A stretch of 64,000 nucleotides of DNA. Source: an uncultured Chloroflexia bacterium. Lineage in GTDB: Bacteria > Chloroflexota > Limnocylindria > Limnocylindrales > CSP1-4. Shown piece after piece: positions 1 to 10,200 of the stretch (its first letter is position 1; each line of letters starts with the position of its first letter). Below the pieces are notes generated by a model. The model saw only the letters and a program-made list of their open reading frames with translations. It was not told the origin of the DNA and ran no database searches. The stretch spans positions 12,562 to 76,561 of the forward strand of contig CAVOIR010000002.1 of assembly GCA_963696045.1 (NCBI GenBank), given 5' to 3'. Made by a program: the position numbers and the translations under genes.

Positions 1-321
1 AGGCAGGCCGAAGCGGGTCCAGTAGAGCGCCACGTCGCAGGCGGGGTAGCCGGGGGTGGCACCCGGGACGCGTCGCGCGGTCGAAACGACTGGCAGGTCG
101 ATGCCCAGGCTCGGGATGCGGATGCGCACCGGTCGAGAGGGCACGTCGAGGCGGACCGGGGCGGGGCTCGGGCTCACGGGTGGGGACGGCGTCTCGAGGA
201 GCGGCTCGAACTGGCTACAGCCGGCGGCCGCGATCGCGAGGCAGGCAGCGGCCAGAAGGCCGGCGCGGGCGGCTGGGCGTCCGGGTCGTGGTGGAGAGCA
301 CGGACGGGAGCGGTCCGTCAT
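1..321 (-). CDS. Lipoprotein, partial (3' end outside window), possible sortase-like/secreted enzyme
   Basis: Reverse-strand frame is open from the ATG at 319-321 to the window edge. The N-terminus MTDRSRPCSPPRPGRPAARAGLLAAACLAIAAAGCSQ has a signal peptide with a lipobox Cys. It is followed by a Pro-rich linker and VRIRIPSLGIDLPVV. Not in the ORF track because it is truncated by the window. Confidence 0.5.
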   Translation of the reverse strand, partial: MTDRSRPCSPPRPGRPAARAGLLAAACLAIAAAGCSQFEPLLETPSPPVSPSPAPVRLDVPSRPVRIRIPSLGIDLPVVSTARRVPGATPGYPACDVALYWTRFGLP

Positions 322-326
322 GCTGC

Positions 327-690
327 TCAAGCGATGGGTCCCGGCCGCAGCTCGTCGAAATCGGGAGCGCGGCCACGGTAGATAACCCCGCCCACCTGGG
401 CCGGTTCGCCGTTCCAGTAGCCATTGGATAGGCAGAACCACTCGCCGCTGACGAGCGCCGGGTTCATCACGATGGGGAACGGTGGATGCAGCGGGACGAC
501 CGAGGCCACGGCGACCTCGTCGCCGACCATCGCCGACCGGCCGAGCACCAGGCAGGCGAGGCCCTCCCGGAGCTCGCAAATGGCGGTAGCGGCGGCGCAG
601 ACCGATCGCCCTCGCCTTCGCCCGCCGCCTGACCTCGCCTTTCTCCGGGTAGCCCTTGGCTCGCGCGGTAGGGCCGACGGGATCGGTCAT
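327..690 (-). CDS. Hypothetical protein (needs one frame change near 600)
   Basis: ORF 327..548 (...VASVVPLHPPFPIVMNPALVSGEWFCLSNGYWNGEPAQVGGVIYRGRAPDFDELRPGPIA) has protein-like composition. An ATG at 688-690 with an upstream GAGGA opens MTDPVGPTARAKGYPEKGE in another frame and joins it after one shift. It sits 5 nt upstream of the lipoprotein gene and 18 nt downstream of tetR. Confidence 0.3.
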
Positions 691-707
691 GAGTCCTCAT
701 CACGCCG

Positions 708-1385
708 TCACAAGGTCGAAAGGCGCTCCAGGCCATCGAGGATGAGGTCGAGACCGAAAACGAACTCGACGTCGTCGTCACACGCCCCGAGGGTGCCCTC
801 GTGGCTGACCGACCCGGCCAACCGGGCGACGTTCGGGAACCGCACGGCCATGACCGAGGCGAGTTCGGCCATCTCCTCGGGCGACGGCTGCGCTCGGCCG
901 GTCTCGTCGAACAGGGCCGGGCTGAAGCCGAAGACCCGGCTGTCGAGGACATGGAGGGCGTGGTGGGCGAGCTCGAGTGGAAAGCCGGCGCCGAGCAGGC
1001 TCGCGAGGACGCGCTCGATCTGGGCGATGGCTGCCGGCCCGCCCGTGCCGCGCTCCTCGAGCACGCGCCGCGCCCAGGGATGGCGGAGCATCGTCGCCCG
1101 CGCGGCCATCGCCTGCTCGCGAAGGGCGGACTTCCACGTCAGACCCGCCGATGCCGGCCCGATGCCGCCGACCACGACATCGAGCATGCCGTCGAGCAGG
1201 TCATCCTTGCTGCGGACGTGGCGATAGATGGCCATCGGGTCCACGCCGAGCTCCTGACCGAGCTTGCGCATGCTGATGGCGTCGGTGCCGCCGCGGTCGG
1301 CGAGGTCGACGGCGGCCCCGAGCACGCGCTTCCGAGAGAGGGGTGCGCGTCGGTCAGCGATCGTGGCGTCGTCCTGAGTGGTCAT
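708..1385 (-). CDS. TetR family transcriptional regulator
   Basis: Intact 225-aa ORF. N-terminal HTH: RKRVLGAAVDLADRGGTDAISMRKLGQELGVDPMAIYRHVRSKDDLLDGM. The C-terminal helical ligand domain resembles the tetracycline-repressor C-terminal type. Confidence 0.9.
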   Translation of the reverse strand: MTTQDDATIADRRAPLSRKRVLGAAVDLADRGGTDAISMRKLGQELGVDPMAIYRHVRSKDDLLDGMLDVVVGGIGPASAGLTWKSALREQAMAARATMLRHPWARRVLEERGTGGPAAIAQIERVLASLLGAGFPLELAHHALHVLDSRVFGFSPALFDETGRAQPSPEEMAELASVMAVRFPNVARLAGSVSHEGTLGACDDDVEFVFGLDLILDGLERLSTL

Positions 1386-1401
1386 ATCGGGTCTTGACGG
1401 A

Positions 1402-1436
1402 GTCTACGCCGTAGCGCTACTGTCTACGGCGTAGAC
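1402..1436. promoter_or_regulatory. Candidate TetR operator (perfect 13-bp inverted repeat) in a divergent promoter region
   Basis: GTCTACGCCGTAG (1402-1414) and its exact reverse complement CTACGGCGTAGAC (1424-1436). They lie in the 101-bp gap between tetR (start 1385, minus) and the DUF385 gene (start 1487, plus). Each half is itself near-palindromic. Confidence 0.6.
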
Positions 1437-1486
1437 TACATAGTAGATTCGCAGCGGGGGGCTGGACCACGAGGAGGAAACGCTAC

Positions 1487-1972
1487 ATGTCGCACGTCAT
1501 GTCCGAGGACGCCGGACCGCGCCAGCGGATCCCGGGCTGGATCATCCGCTCGATCTGGCGCATGCATCGCGCGCTCTACGCCTTGACCGGCGGACGGCTC
1601 GGCCTCCGGCGCCCGAACGCGGCGAGATGGGGGATGCTCCGACTCCACTCGACCGGCCGACGAACAGGCCAGGAGCGCATCGCGATCCTCGGCTACATCG
1701 AGGACGGCCCGAACCTCGCCACGCCAGCGATGAACGGCTGGATGGAGCCGGAGCCGGCATGGTGGCTCAACCTCCAGGCACATCCCGATGCGACCGTCGA
1801 GCTGCCCGGCCGCGAGCGGCGCGATGTGCGCGCCCGGGCCGCGGTGGGCGAGGAGCGCGACCGAATCTGGCGGCAGCTCGTCGAGCTCGGGACGTCGGCG
1901 TACACCGACGCGAACGCGGCAATGCGCCCGCGCGGGACCGCGATCGTCGTGCTCGAGCCGCGGACGGAGTAG
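1487..1972 (+). CDS. Deazaflavin (F420H2)-dependent nitroreductase-family oxidoreductase (DUF385)
   Basis: Intact 161-aa ORF. RMHRALYALTGGRLG...LLRLHSTGRRTGQERIAILGYIEDGPNLATPAMNGW..PAWWLNLQAHPDATVEL is the characteristic DUF385 pattern. Confidence 0.85.
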   Translation: MSHVMSEDAGPRQRIPGWIIRSIWRMHRALYALTGGRLGLRRPNAARWGMLRLHSTGRRTGQERIAILGYIEDGPNLATPAMNGWMEPEPAWWLNLQAHPDATVELPGRERRDVRARAAVGEERDRIWRQLVELGTSAYTDANAAMRPRGTAIVVLEPRTE

Positions 1973-1975
1973 CAG

Positions 1976-2935
1976 TCAGCTTCGAGACCCTGAGTTCCCG
2001 AGCCTCATGGTGGCGGGCGGACAGCCGGGATCGACGCAGTCCGGCACCTGCTGGCCCTCGGTGGTGACGGTGAAGCGGAGCTCGCGCCACCTCGACCGGC
2101 TCCGTGCCGTCGCCACACGCGGACCCTGAACACGGCGCGCAGGACCGGGCCACGGACCCGCTGGCCCTGCACGACCCAGCCGTCCTCGTGGCCCGTCTCG
2201 GAGTCCCCAACGCTTGCGTCCATGGGCACATCCTGAAACCGCATCTTGATCGGCTTGCCGAAGCCGCTCCCACCACGCGAAACCTTCCGATAGTGGCCGT
2301 GGTGCAGATGGGAGCCGGTCGTGGTGCCGATGTCGGAGATGCGACCCAGGTGCTGCCGTAGCTCGATGGGCGCACCCACCCGCACCCTCCTGGGCGATGT
2401 CCTTCATGTGGGAGTAGAGCGTCCGGAAGCCACCAGCGTGGTCGATGAGGAGGTCGCTCACGCCCGGGTCGTCCGGACCATCCGTCCCGGGGGCGCGGAA
2501 GTCGAGATGAACGACGATCCCGGGCGCCGGTGCCGATACCCAGTCACCCTCGTCGGCACCGGGTCCGCCGCGGTTGAAGTCGACCGCGAAGTCGCTGTGC
2601 CCGGCGTACGTCGACGTCCTGTACGACCAGCGGGTCCCGAAGGGCGGGAAGAAGTAGCCATCGGGCAGCCTCACACCCTCGACCGGTCCGCGACGCAGCG
2701 GCTCGGTCGGCGTGAACTGGATGCACGTCCCATGGGTGATGCCGGTCGTGACGCTCCGGGCCGACTCCACGAGCGCATCGTCCTGGGAGAGGTCCCAGTC
2801 GTACCGGTCGATGGCCTCGGTGGTCGACAGCCGGACGGTGGGCTTGCGGCTGTTCACCCGCATGCGTCTCGTGACGGGGCAACCGTCCAGGGTCTCGAAC
2901 CGCGGAGGGTCGAGCGGGTTCGCCCTCGTGGTCAC
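1976..2935 (-). CDS. M23 (LytM-type) metallopeptidase, interrupted by at least 2 frame changes
   Basis: ORF 1976..2935 carries HSDFAVDFN and LIDHAGGFRTLYSHMKDIAQEG. The motif continues in ORF 2005..2385 as VRVGAPIELRQHLGRISDIGTTTGSHLHHGHY. The junction is at a G run near 2385-2395. The 3' end is uncertain. Confidence 0.75.
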   Translation of the reverse strand: MTTRANPLDPPRFETLDGCPVTRRMRVNSRKPTVRLSTTEAIDRYDWDLSQDDALVESARSVTTGITHGTCIQFTPTEPLRRGPVEGVRLPDGYFFPPFGTRWSYRTSTYAGHSDFAVDFNRGGPGADEGDWVSAPAPGIVVHLDFRAPGTDGPDDPGVSDLLIDHAGGFRTLYSHMKDIAQEGAGGCAHRATAAPGSHLRHRHHDRLPSAPRPLSEGFAWWERLRQADQDAVSGCAHGRKRWGLRDGPRGRLGRAGPAGPWPGPARRVQGPRVATARSRSRWRELRFTVTTEGQQVPDCVDPGCPPATMRLGNSGSRS

Positions 2936-3081
2936 CTCTCTCCTTCGCGGCGACGTCGGTCGTCCCCTGCGATGGTGGCACCGAGACGTTCAGCGTCTCG
3001 CCGCTGAAGCGGCCTCCGTCATGCCCTCCTGGCCGACGCGGTCGGTCAGTGGGCCAGGCGGAGGCCGCATCCCCCAGACGC

Positions 3082-4353
3082 TTACTCGGTGGCGGCCAGC
3101 CGGTCGACTGCCATCTGCCCGGCCTTCTGGCCCAGCTCGGCCGCCTGGACATCGGCAGTCCGGAAGTGGAGTCCCTCGAGCACGCGGGCATCGATGATCT
3201 CGTTCATCACGTCGGTGAGCGTGGTGAAGCTGCGTGGTGGGGGCGGCGTCTCCCCGATGCCGTTGAACGTCATGGCCACATCATCGGAGCCGAAGAAGCC
3301 CCGGAGTGCTCCCACCTGGGACCCGGAGTAGCAGTTGAACCCGGACGGGTGGTCCGGATACGGCGGTGTCACGACGAGCGGAGTCCAGTCAGGGTCGGGC
3401 TCCGTGGCGTCGTTGCCGTCCGAGTCCGCCTCCACGATGGCCGTGATGGGTCGCCAGAACATCCAGTGGTACTTGTCGTCGAAGCAGCCGATGATCGCGT
3501 CAGCCGCCCCCAGGCCCGTCAACGCGAAGAGCCTGGCTGCCTCGACCGCGCTCAGGCCCTGCTCGACGGCGAGCGCGCGCTCGGCGCCCTGCCACTGGGG
3601 AAGCGCGCCGAGCCAGAAGGACGCGATGGCGTTCTGCTCGTCCGTCCGGCTCGCCGGGTCGGCCGAGCCAAGGTCCTTCACCTCGTTGTAGTCCGCGGCG
3701 TACTCGGCGCTGTCGAGCGCATTCGGGCCGGCCGTGCGGAGCACCGTGATGTCGTCCAACAGGAAGGGCTTGACCTTCGCGACCCAGGAGCCCCCGTAGT
3801 CCAGGTTGTCCGGAGGCGTGGGCCGCCAGCCGCCCGGCTCCTCAAGATGGGCGATGGGGTTCTCGACCCCGCGCCCGTCGCCCTCGCGGGCCGCCAGCAG
3901 GGCCGCGGCCGCCGCCTGCCCGACGGCGATGCCATCGTCCTTCGCCTGGCCGTCCTCGATGGCGCCAAGCGAGGCATCGAGCTTGGCCTGGAGGTCCGCC
4001 TCCTGCTCCGGGAAGAGGTTCGCAAGCACATCATGCGCGGCGCTCGCGACCGCCGCCGCCTGCGAGGCACCCGAGTCGGCCTCGACAGCGCCGATATACG
4101 GGGTGTAGCCGCCCGCGATCGAGACCACGGCGTCGTAGACGGCTGCCTGGACCATCCCCATCGCGAGGATCGCCGTGGTCGGCGCCAGCGGCGGGTCCGC
4201 GCCCCCGATGGCCGCCATCGTGTTGGCGTTCCAGTCGACCACGGTCTGACCGGAATCGTCGGCCTGCTGCGCCCGGGCCACGGGGGCCAGGGCGATCACC
4301 ATGAGTGTGACGAGCGCGAGCCCAGTCCGCGCACGCCGATGCACGAATCCCAT
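3082..4353 (-). CDS. Vanadium-dependent haloperoxidase / PAP2-superfamily secreted enzyme
   Basis: Intact. Start chosen at MGFVHRRARTGLALVTLMVIALAPVARAQ (signal peptide), preceded by AAGGAGGG. The C-terminal region DDKYHWMFWRPITAI...PPYPDHPSGFNCYSGS...ARVLEGLHFRTAD matches acid-phosphatase/haloperoxidase motifs. Confidence 0.75.
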   Translation of the reverse strand: MGFVHRRARTGLALVTLMVIALAPVARAQQADDSGQTVVDWNANTMAAIGGADPPLAPTTAILAMGMVQAAVYDAVVSIAGGYTPYIGAVEADSGASQAAAVASAAHDVLANLFPEQEADLQAKLDASLGAIEDGQAKDDGIAVGQAAAAALLAAREGDGRGVENPIAHLEEPGGWRPTPPDNLDYGGSWVAKVKPFLLDDITVLRTAGPNALDSAEYAADYNEVKDLGSADPASRTDEQNAIASFWLGALPQWQGAERALAVEQGLSAVEAARLFALTGLGAADAIIGCFDDKYHWMFWRPITAIVEADSDGNDATEPDPDWTPLVVTPPYPDHPSGFNCYSGSQVGALRGFFGSDDVAMTFNGIGETPPPPRSFTTLTDVMNEIIDARVLEGLHFRTADVQAAELGQKAGQMAVDRLAATE

Positions 4354-4421
4354 CCTCACCCTCCTTCTGATGAGTGATGGGACGGTGACTGTGCACCCCT
4401 CCTCGACGCCCGTCCACGTCG

Positions 4422-5162
4422 ATGCACGACGCGGTGACGCGTCCGTGCTCCCGCGCCATCCTGAGTATCGGTGAACTCGGACGAGATTCCAACCCATCGA
4501 TTTCGGGAAAGCGGTGGAGCTACGCGGTCGCGCTCGAGTGGCCCGGTTGGTGCCGTCTCGCCAAGGGCGACGGCGATCCGGTCGCGGAGCTCCTCGCGGT
4601 GGGGCCGCGGTACCAGGTGGCGCTGGCCATGAGCGACATCCCCTTCCACCCGCCGAGCGGGCCGGCGGAACTCGAGGTCATAGAGGTCCTGAAGGGCAAT
4701 AGCGGTACCGAATGGGGCGTCCCTTCCGTGGTGCAAGCTGCAGACGAGCGCCCGCTCGATGGGGCCTCGATCGATCGGCTGGCGGCCGTCCTCCAGGCGA
4801 CCTGGCTGACCTTCGACCGGGCCGTCGATGCGGCGCAGGGCCTCGAGCTGCGCAAAGGGCCGAGGGGCGGGGGACGCGACCTCGACGCGCTCGTGCGGCA
4901 CTGTCTGGAGTCGGACCTGGCCTATCTGCGAAACCTGGAATCGCGGACACCCAAGCTGGCCGACGGCGGCTGGAAGGCCTCCCAGGCCGCCATCCGCGAG
5001 CGCGCGCTCGAGGCGTACCACGATCGCGCCGCAGGCCGCCAAGTCAGAGATCCGAACCGCGTCACCAAGGTGTGGAACCCGCGCTTCGACGTACGCTATG
5101 TGGCCTGGCACACCCTCGTCCACGCCTGGGAGATCGAGGACCGGAAGCTCGACCCGGCCTGA
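4422..5162 (+). CDS. DinB-like four-helix-bundle protein with a HicB-like N-terminal segment (function unknown)
   Basis: Intact 246-aa ORF. WSYAVALEWPGWCRLAKGDGDPVAELL (HicB-like fold signature), then LDALVRHCLESDLAYL...YVAWHTLVHAWEIEDR (DinB-like His-containing helices). The start is uncertain. Confidence 0.5.
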   Translation: MHDAVTRPCSRAILSIGELGRDSNPSISGKRWSYAVALEWPGWCRLAKGDGDPVAELLAVGPRYQVALAMSDIPFHPPSGPAELEVIEVLKGNSGTEWGVPSVVQAADERPLDGASIDRLAAVLQATWLTFDRAVDAAQGLELRKGPRGGGRDLDALVRHCLESDLAYLRNLESRTPKLADGGWKASQAAIRERALEAYHDRAAGRQVRDPNRVTKVWNPRFDVRYVAWHTLVHAWEIEDRKLDPA

Positions 5163-5203
5163 ACAACTGGTTGGGGCGACCGCGGAAGCTCCGTCGAACC
5201 TGT

Positions 5204-6356
5204 CTACTCGTCCGGCATCACCAGCTCGGCGCTGGCGACCGTGGTCGTCATGGCGAAGTGTTCCCACTCCCGGATCCTGTCCTCCAGTCCGAGGTCGTCG
5301 AGGAACCGGCAGTCCTCCAGGAGATCGGTGGCACCGCGGAACAGCCCAGCTACTGACACGCGCTCCTCGCACGCGCCGATCCACGGCGCGATCCACGAGA
5401 CAGGGCCCGCGTTCCCGATCTCCACATAGGGCACGAAGCACGTCTCGAGCGCGGACCCTTGACACCGTTCGGCCTCCATGTCCGAGAACGAGGCCCGTCG
5501 CCACGCAAAGGTGTAAGGGCGCCATTCGACGGCCAGATAGCGACGGTCCCACGAGCCGGGCAAACCGTCCCACCATCCAGGCAGGACCGCCTGGGGCAGC
5601 TGCGGCCGCGTCTGCCACGAGGTCACGTAGATGGGATCTGCCGATAGCGTCCCTCCCACGTCGAGCTCGCAGCCGCGCGCCGAATTCGGCGGCCAGTGCG
5701 TCAGCGGTCCAGCGGGCCGATGACTCCTGGATCACCTCCAGCGCCGTAGCTCGCGCGATGATCGCATTCACGGTGATGCGAACCATGTCGAACTGCGGGC
5801 GGATCCAGAGGACGCGTTGGGTCCTGCTCGGTTCATCGGGGTCCAGGCTCCAGCCGTCGAGGATCCGACCAGTCGAGAGCAGGACGCTGCCTGCGGGGTC
5901 CTCCTGAGCGTGGGTCGTCTGGATCACGGGACCGCATCGGACCATCGCCCCGAGGTCGGCCCCTTCGGGGCTCCCTCCCTCCAGGGGAGCCACGTGGATG
6001 CCCTCGAGCGCGTACCAGGCGGCAAGGACGACGACGCGTTGTGTGCCGTAGTTGGTGGCACGGATCTCCGCCTGCACAGGCACGAGGTCGTCGAGGTCGC
6101 CGGCGGCGTCTCGGTCGGCGGTGGTGAGGGCGACCTCGAAGCCCATCGACGGTGGCAGACGCCCGGGAGCCAGCGTGGTCTCGTCGATGTACCTGACGAA
6201 GGGCCACAGGAATGTGGTGGCCGCGGCGGCGGTGCCCAGGAGGGCTAGGAACGCTCCCTTGTGCCGTCCGATGAGAGCGATGGACGCGCGCAGAGGCCTC
6301 AGGAGCTCCGGGCTGCTTCGACCGCCACCGCCGCCGCCACTTGACGGTGTCGCCAC
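5204..6356 (-). CDS. Membrane-anchored protein of unknown function (one frame change near 5650)
   Basis: The real part of ORF 4356..6482 has a TM helix (AFLALLGTAAAATTFLWPFV) and a soluble domain (...RVLWIRPQFDMVRITVNAIIARATALEV...). It continues in ORF 5204..5659. A GTG start overlaps the TAG stop of the C1 peptidase gene (TAGTG at 6356). Confidence 0.55.
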
Positions 6357-7213
6357 TACCTGAAGATGTCGCTGTCCACGAACTCGCCTGAGACGAGGGT
6401 CCAGAAGTCGTCGGCCAGGCTGGCCAGGATGTAGTCGTAGGGCAGCCAGCCGTAGCCGCCCATGCCCCAGCCCGTGCCCCACGAGTTGCGGATGAGGAGC
6501 GCGCCCTTGCTGGTGCCGATGCGCTTGTCGTCGTCGTAGCCGACGGCGAGGATGGCATGGCCACCAGCCACCGCGTCGGTCGGCGCGGGCATCGGGATCT
6601 CGCCCTTGCCGTCACCCGAGGGCGGGATGGACTCGTAGACGGTGAAGCCGAACATGCTGGGCAGCTGCCCGGCAAGGCTGCGACGGACGTTGAGCAGGAT
6701 CTCGTCGGGACGGGCGGCCGGTGGGTCAAGCCGGTAGTACTTGATGGCCTGGAAGCTCTGCGCGAAGGTGTACAGGAATGCCGTCGGCTCGGTGTCGTAC
6801 TGGTCGACCCGGTACGGCCAGTAGCGCTCGGGCGGCACGCCGAAGACGACGAGCCCCTTCATCGTGTCGCGCAGGTACGCGCCGGTGTCGCCGGTGAGGC
6901 CCATGAGCTTGCGCGTGACCTTGTACAGGAACAGCCGCGAGCCATCCACGTGCTTGTTGTGCGCCCGACGCTCGAAATACTCGTAGAGGCCGACGCCGGC
7001 GTTGGCCGTGCACGACCCGAGGCGACCCTGATCCTCGATGGGCGAGCACCAGGGCCGCAGGTCGACCGACTTGGGCAGCGACCTTGCGGCCTTCCGCAGT
7101 TGCGGCGATTCGGCGAGCACCGCCTGGACAGCGTCTGTCTCGCCGGTGTAATCACGGAAGTCGGGAAGGTCCGGATGCCATCCCATCGTGAGTCCGTGGA
7201 CCGTGAGTGCCAT
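6356..7213 (-). CDS. C1 (papain-like) cysteine peptidase, no signal peptide
   Basis: 285-aa segment of ORF 6356..9064 starting MALTVHGL, preceded by GAAGGAGG. Catalytic motifs: IEDQGRLGSCTANA (Gln/Cys), GGHAILAVGY (His), IRNSWGTGWG (Asn). Confidence 0.9.
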   Translation of the reverse strand: MALTVHGLTMGWHPDLPDFRDYTGETDAVQAVLAESPQLRKAARSLPKSVDLRPWCSPIEDQGRLGSCTANAGVGLYEYFERRAHNKHVDGSRLFLYKVTRKLMGLTGDTGAYLRDTMKGLVVFGVPPERYWPYRVDQYDTEPTAFLYTFAQSFQAIKYYRLDPPAARPDEILLNVRRSLAGQLPSMFGFTVYESIPPSGDGKGEIPMPAPTDAVAGGHAILAVGYDDDKRIGTSKGALLIRNSWGTGWGMGGYGWLPYDYILASLADDFWTLVSGEFVDSDIFR

Positions 7214-7269
7214 GATCGTTCCTCCTTCGTCTGGATGGCGGGCGCCCGGCACGGACGGGCGCCCATGTC

Positions 7270-10200
7270 CTACCGCTCGGGCTCGAACTGCTCGCTCTCG
7301 GACGCGGCAGCCGAGTAGGTGCCCAGGTAGTGGGCCTGCGCCCACTTCGTGGCCTCGCCGAACGGGTTGCCGTAGTCGCGCCCGAATCGGCCGTCCTGAC
7401 CGACCTCGGTCTCGACCGTGAAGGACCGCTGCCCGTCGCTGACCTCGATGAGGACGGTCCCCGAGGACACCGGGCTGCCGTCGTCGACGAAGCGGACGAT
7501 GCCGGTCGTGTAGGTGAGCTTGCGCCGCTCGATCCTGATGTCGGTCATGCGCCCGGCGCCGACCTGGATCCCGACGCCGCCGGTCAGGATCCGTGCGCCG
7601 CAGTCGGTCTGGTAGGGACGGACCGCCACGCCTTCGATGCTGACCCGGTTGGGGACCTCCCAGAGGAAGCTCGGGCCTCTCCTGGCCCCGCTCCCCCACG
7701 TACTTCCATTCGGCCGTCCCCCAGAGGGCCTCGTCGAAGACGACGACCGGGCGTGAGGCCTTGCCGTCGACGCGGAGCCACTGGTGCTCCAGGAAGACCC
7801 GGTGCTGCGGGTGCGTCTGCTTGACCTCGGCGAAGACGTGCGTGCTTCGGCTGAAGGGATTGGCCAGCAGCACGCTGGTGCCCACGCGCGTGGATGGCGA
7901 GGCCGAGGCGCTGATGAAGCTCGTGTAGTTCGAGCGCGCCTCGTTGTTGTAGATGTTCTGGTCGACGATGGCCGGGTTGCCCGGTGCCTGGTAGAGCCGG
8001 ATGCGGACGATGACGCAGTAGTGCCGGCCGTCCGCGGAGCTCGGGTTCCACGGACGGCTGAACTCGACGGTCGCGCCCGGACCGATGTCCTTCCGGTCGA
8101 AGCCGAGCGAGACCCACGGTCCGTCGCCGGTGGTGTACTCGGTCACGAAGAAGTCGACCACGACCCCGGTGGCGATGAGGTCACCGGCATTGCGGACCTT
8201 GGCCACGATGGTGTTGTCGTGCCCCAGCCAGGGCGTGTTGAACCACTTGGCGGGCTCGGCCGTGGCGCGCGCGTTGCGGACCTCGATATCGGGGCTCTGC
8301 CATCCGGGCCCGCCCTGCCAGGGACGGATGCCGGGCTCGGGCTTGCCCTGCGAGCCATAGGTGATGCGGACCGAGGCCTGGTCCACGGCCGTCGAGACGA
8401 CGGTCACGGCGAGGTCCATCTGCGTGCCCGGGTCCTTGTCCTCGAAGTCCGCCCCGCTGCCGATGATGGGTCCGTCGCCATCGACATCCTGGGCCACGAA
8501 CATGATGCGCGGCCGCGCCAGCGGGGCCACGTAGTCCTCCGACGTCACGTCGGTCACGACGACACGGCGGTCGGTGACGAGGTCGTCGCTGACCAGGCCT
8601 GACTGCTCGCTGCGGTACTCGACGTAGTAGTTGAGGCCGTCGCCGAGGCGGATCTCGATGCCGCGGAATCGGCCCGCGGGCGGGTCTGCCCGTTCGGCGG
8701 GATGGAGCGTGATGGTGTCGTTGACGCCGCCCGAGCCCTGGAAGTTGTAGAGGCGCAGCTGGTTCGCGGGCACCCAGCCCATGCGCATCTTGTTCGAGAT
8801 GCTGTAGTGCGGCAGCCGGTCGCGGGAGCCCGCCATCATCTCCCAGTCGGAGGTGATGCGGGCCGTGACGTCAGCGCTGTACTCCTCGATGTCGTAGACG
8901 TCGAGCAGGCCCAGGTTGTGGCCGACCTCGTGCGACAGGGTGGTGTGCATCTGGCGACCGTCGTGGGCCGCGAAGTCGAGGGGGACGTAGGTGTAGGCGA
9001 TGTCGCCCTGCTCGGTCATGACGTTGGTGCCCAGGAGCAGGTGCTCGCTTGCCCAGGCTCGCATGCGGCCAGACGAAGCGGTTGCCCGCCGTGCTGTTGG
9101 CGTCCGGTGAGCGGGGCACGATGACCAGGGCGTCGACCGCTGTCAGGTCCGCCCGGGTCACGACGCCGGCGCTGAGGGCACGGCTGATGATGGTCTGGAT
9201 GGTCGTCCCGACCGAGGACCAGCGCGCGTCGATGACGTTCCCGTTGGCGTCCTTCTTCTGGGCGAAGTAGGTCGTCCAGGGATCGGGCAGGTTGACGGGT
9301 CCGAAGACCTGGTTGTTGCGCGCCGCGATGCGTGAGCCCCCGACCCGGGTTGCCGCCGGACGCCGCGACGAAGCCCGAGTTCTCCTCGTAGTAGTGGCGC
9401 GCGGACCGGGTCTGAGAGTTGAAGGTGACGCCGTTGACGGCGTGGCCGAGCACGGCCGTCCGGTTGGCGGTCACGGTCGCGGCAGGTGTCGTCGGCCAGC
9501 GGGCGGTCGAGGTGTCCACCAGGAGCAGGAGTGTGTTCCAGGTACCGGTGTGGGTGAGGTCGCCGAGGTTCTGCGGCGTGTTGGGCCCGCCACCCCAGCC
9601 GCCGCCACCCTCCATGGCCGTGGCGCCGGCGATCATCCGCGACGGACCGGTGTCGGCGTCGTACCAGTGGTCGGTCACCTCGAAGGCGGTCTCCGCCACG
9701 AAGCTGCCGGTGGCGGCCTCGACGAGGGCCAGCGGATAGCGACCCACCGCACCGCCGGCGACGAGCAGCGGCTCGGGGTCGCCGCCGGCGTCAGTGCGGG
9801 CGTAGGAGACGAGGCCGGCATCCGGGCCGTCGGGCACCTCGAGACGGACATCGTCGGGCCCCAGACCGGTTCCCGCGAGCGAGAACCGCACCGGCGTCCA
9901 CGAGCCGACGAAGAGCGGCCCGAGAGGCGGCACGATGTAGGGTCGCTGGGCGAAGTCGGTGACGCTGTCCGCCACCGCGAGGACCTCGGACGTGAGCACG
10001 ACGATGCGGCCATCCGCCAGGCCCTGGGCGGCGATGAGCGTGCCGGGCAGGTCGGCGATCGAGCCGGTCGTCACGGTCCCCGTCGACGGGTCGACCGCTG
10101 ACAGCGCGCCGATGGCCGGATGGCAGGCAACCAGGGAGTCCTTGGCGCTGCCGATGCGCTCGACCGCGGGCAGGGCCGGTGAGACGGCCCGGGTACGGCC

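Noticed and set aside
3049-4377. 442-aa plus-strand ORF
   Set aside because: It is antisense to the well-supported haloperoxidase-like gene. It has Arg/Gly/Pro/Ala/Val-rich composition with no motifs, which is a typical shadow ORF in high-GC DNA.
4356-6482. 708-aa minus-strand ORF
   Set aside because: It is chimeric. Only ~5650-6356 reads as protein (a membrane-anchored protein). The rest is antisense to or out of frame with the DinB-like gene and the C1 peptidase gene.
6356-9064. Single 902-aa ORF fusing a metalloprotease and a C1 peptidase
   Set aside because: The middle ~200 residues are Arg/Pro/Gly junk from an out-of-frame stretch. The C1 part has its own GAAGGAGG-ATG at 7213. The metalloprotease C-terminus is in ORF 7270..7629, which has its own stop.
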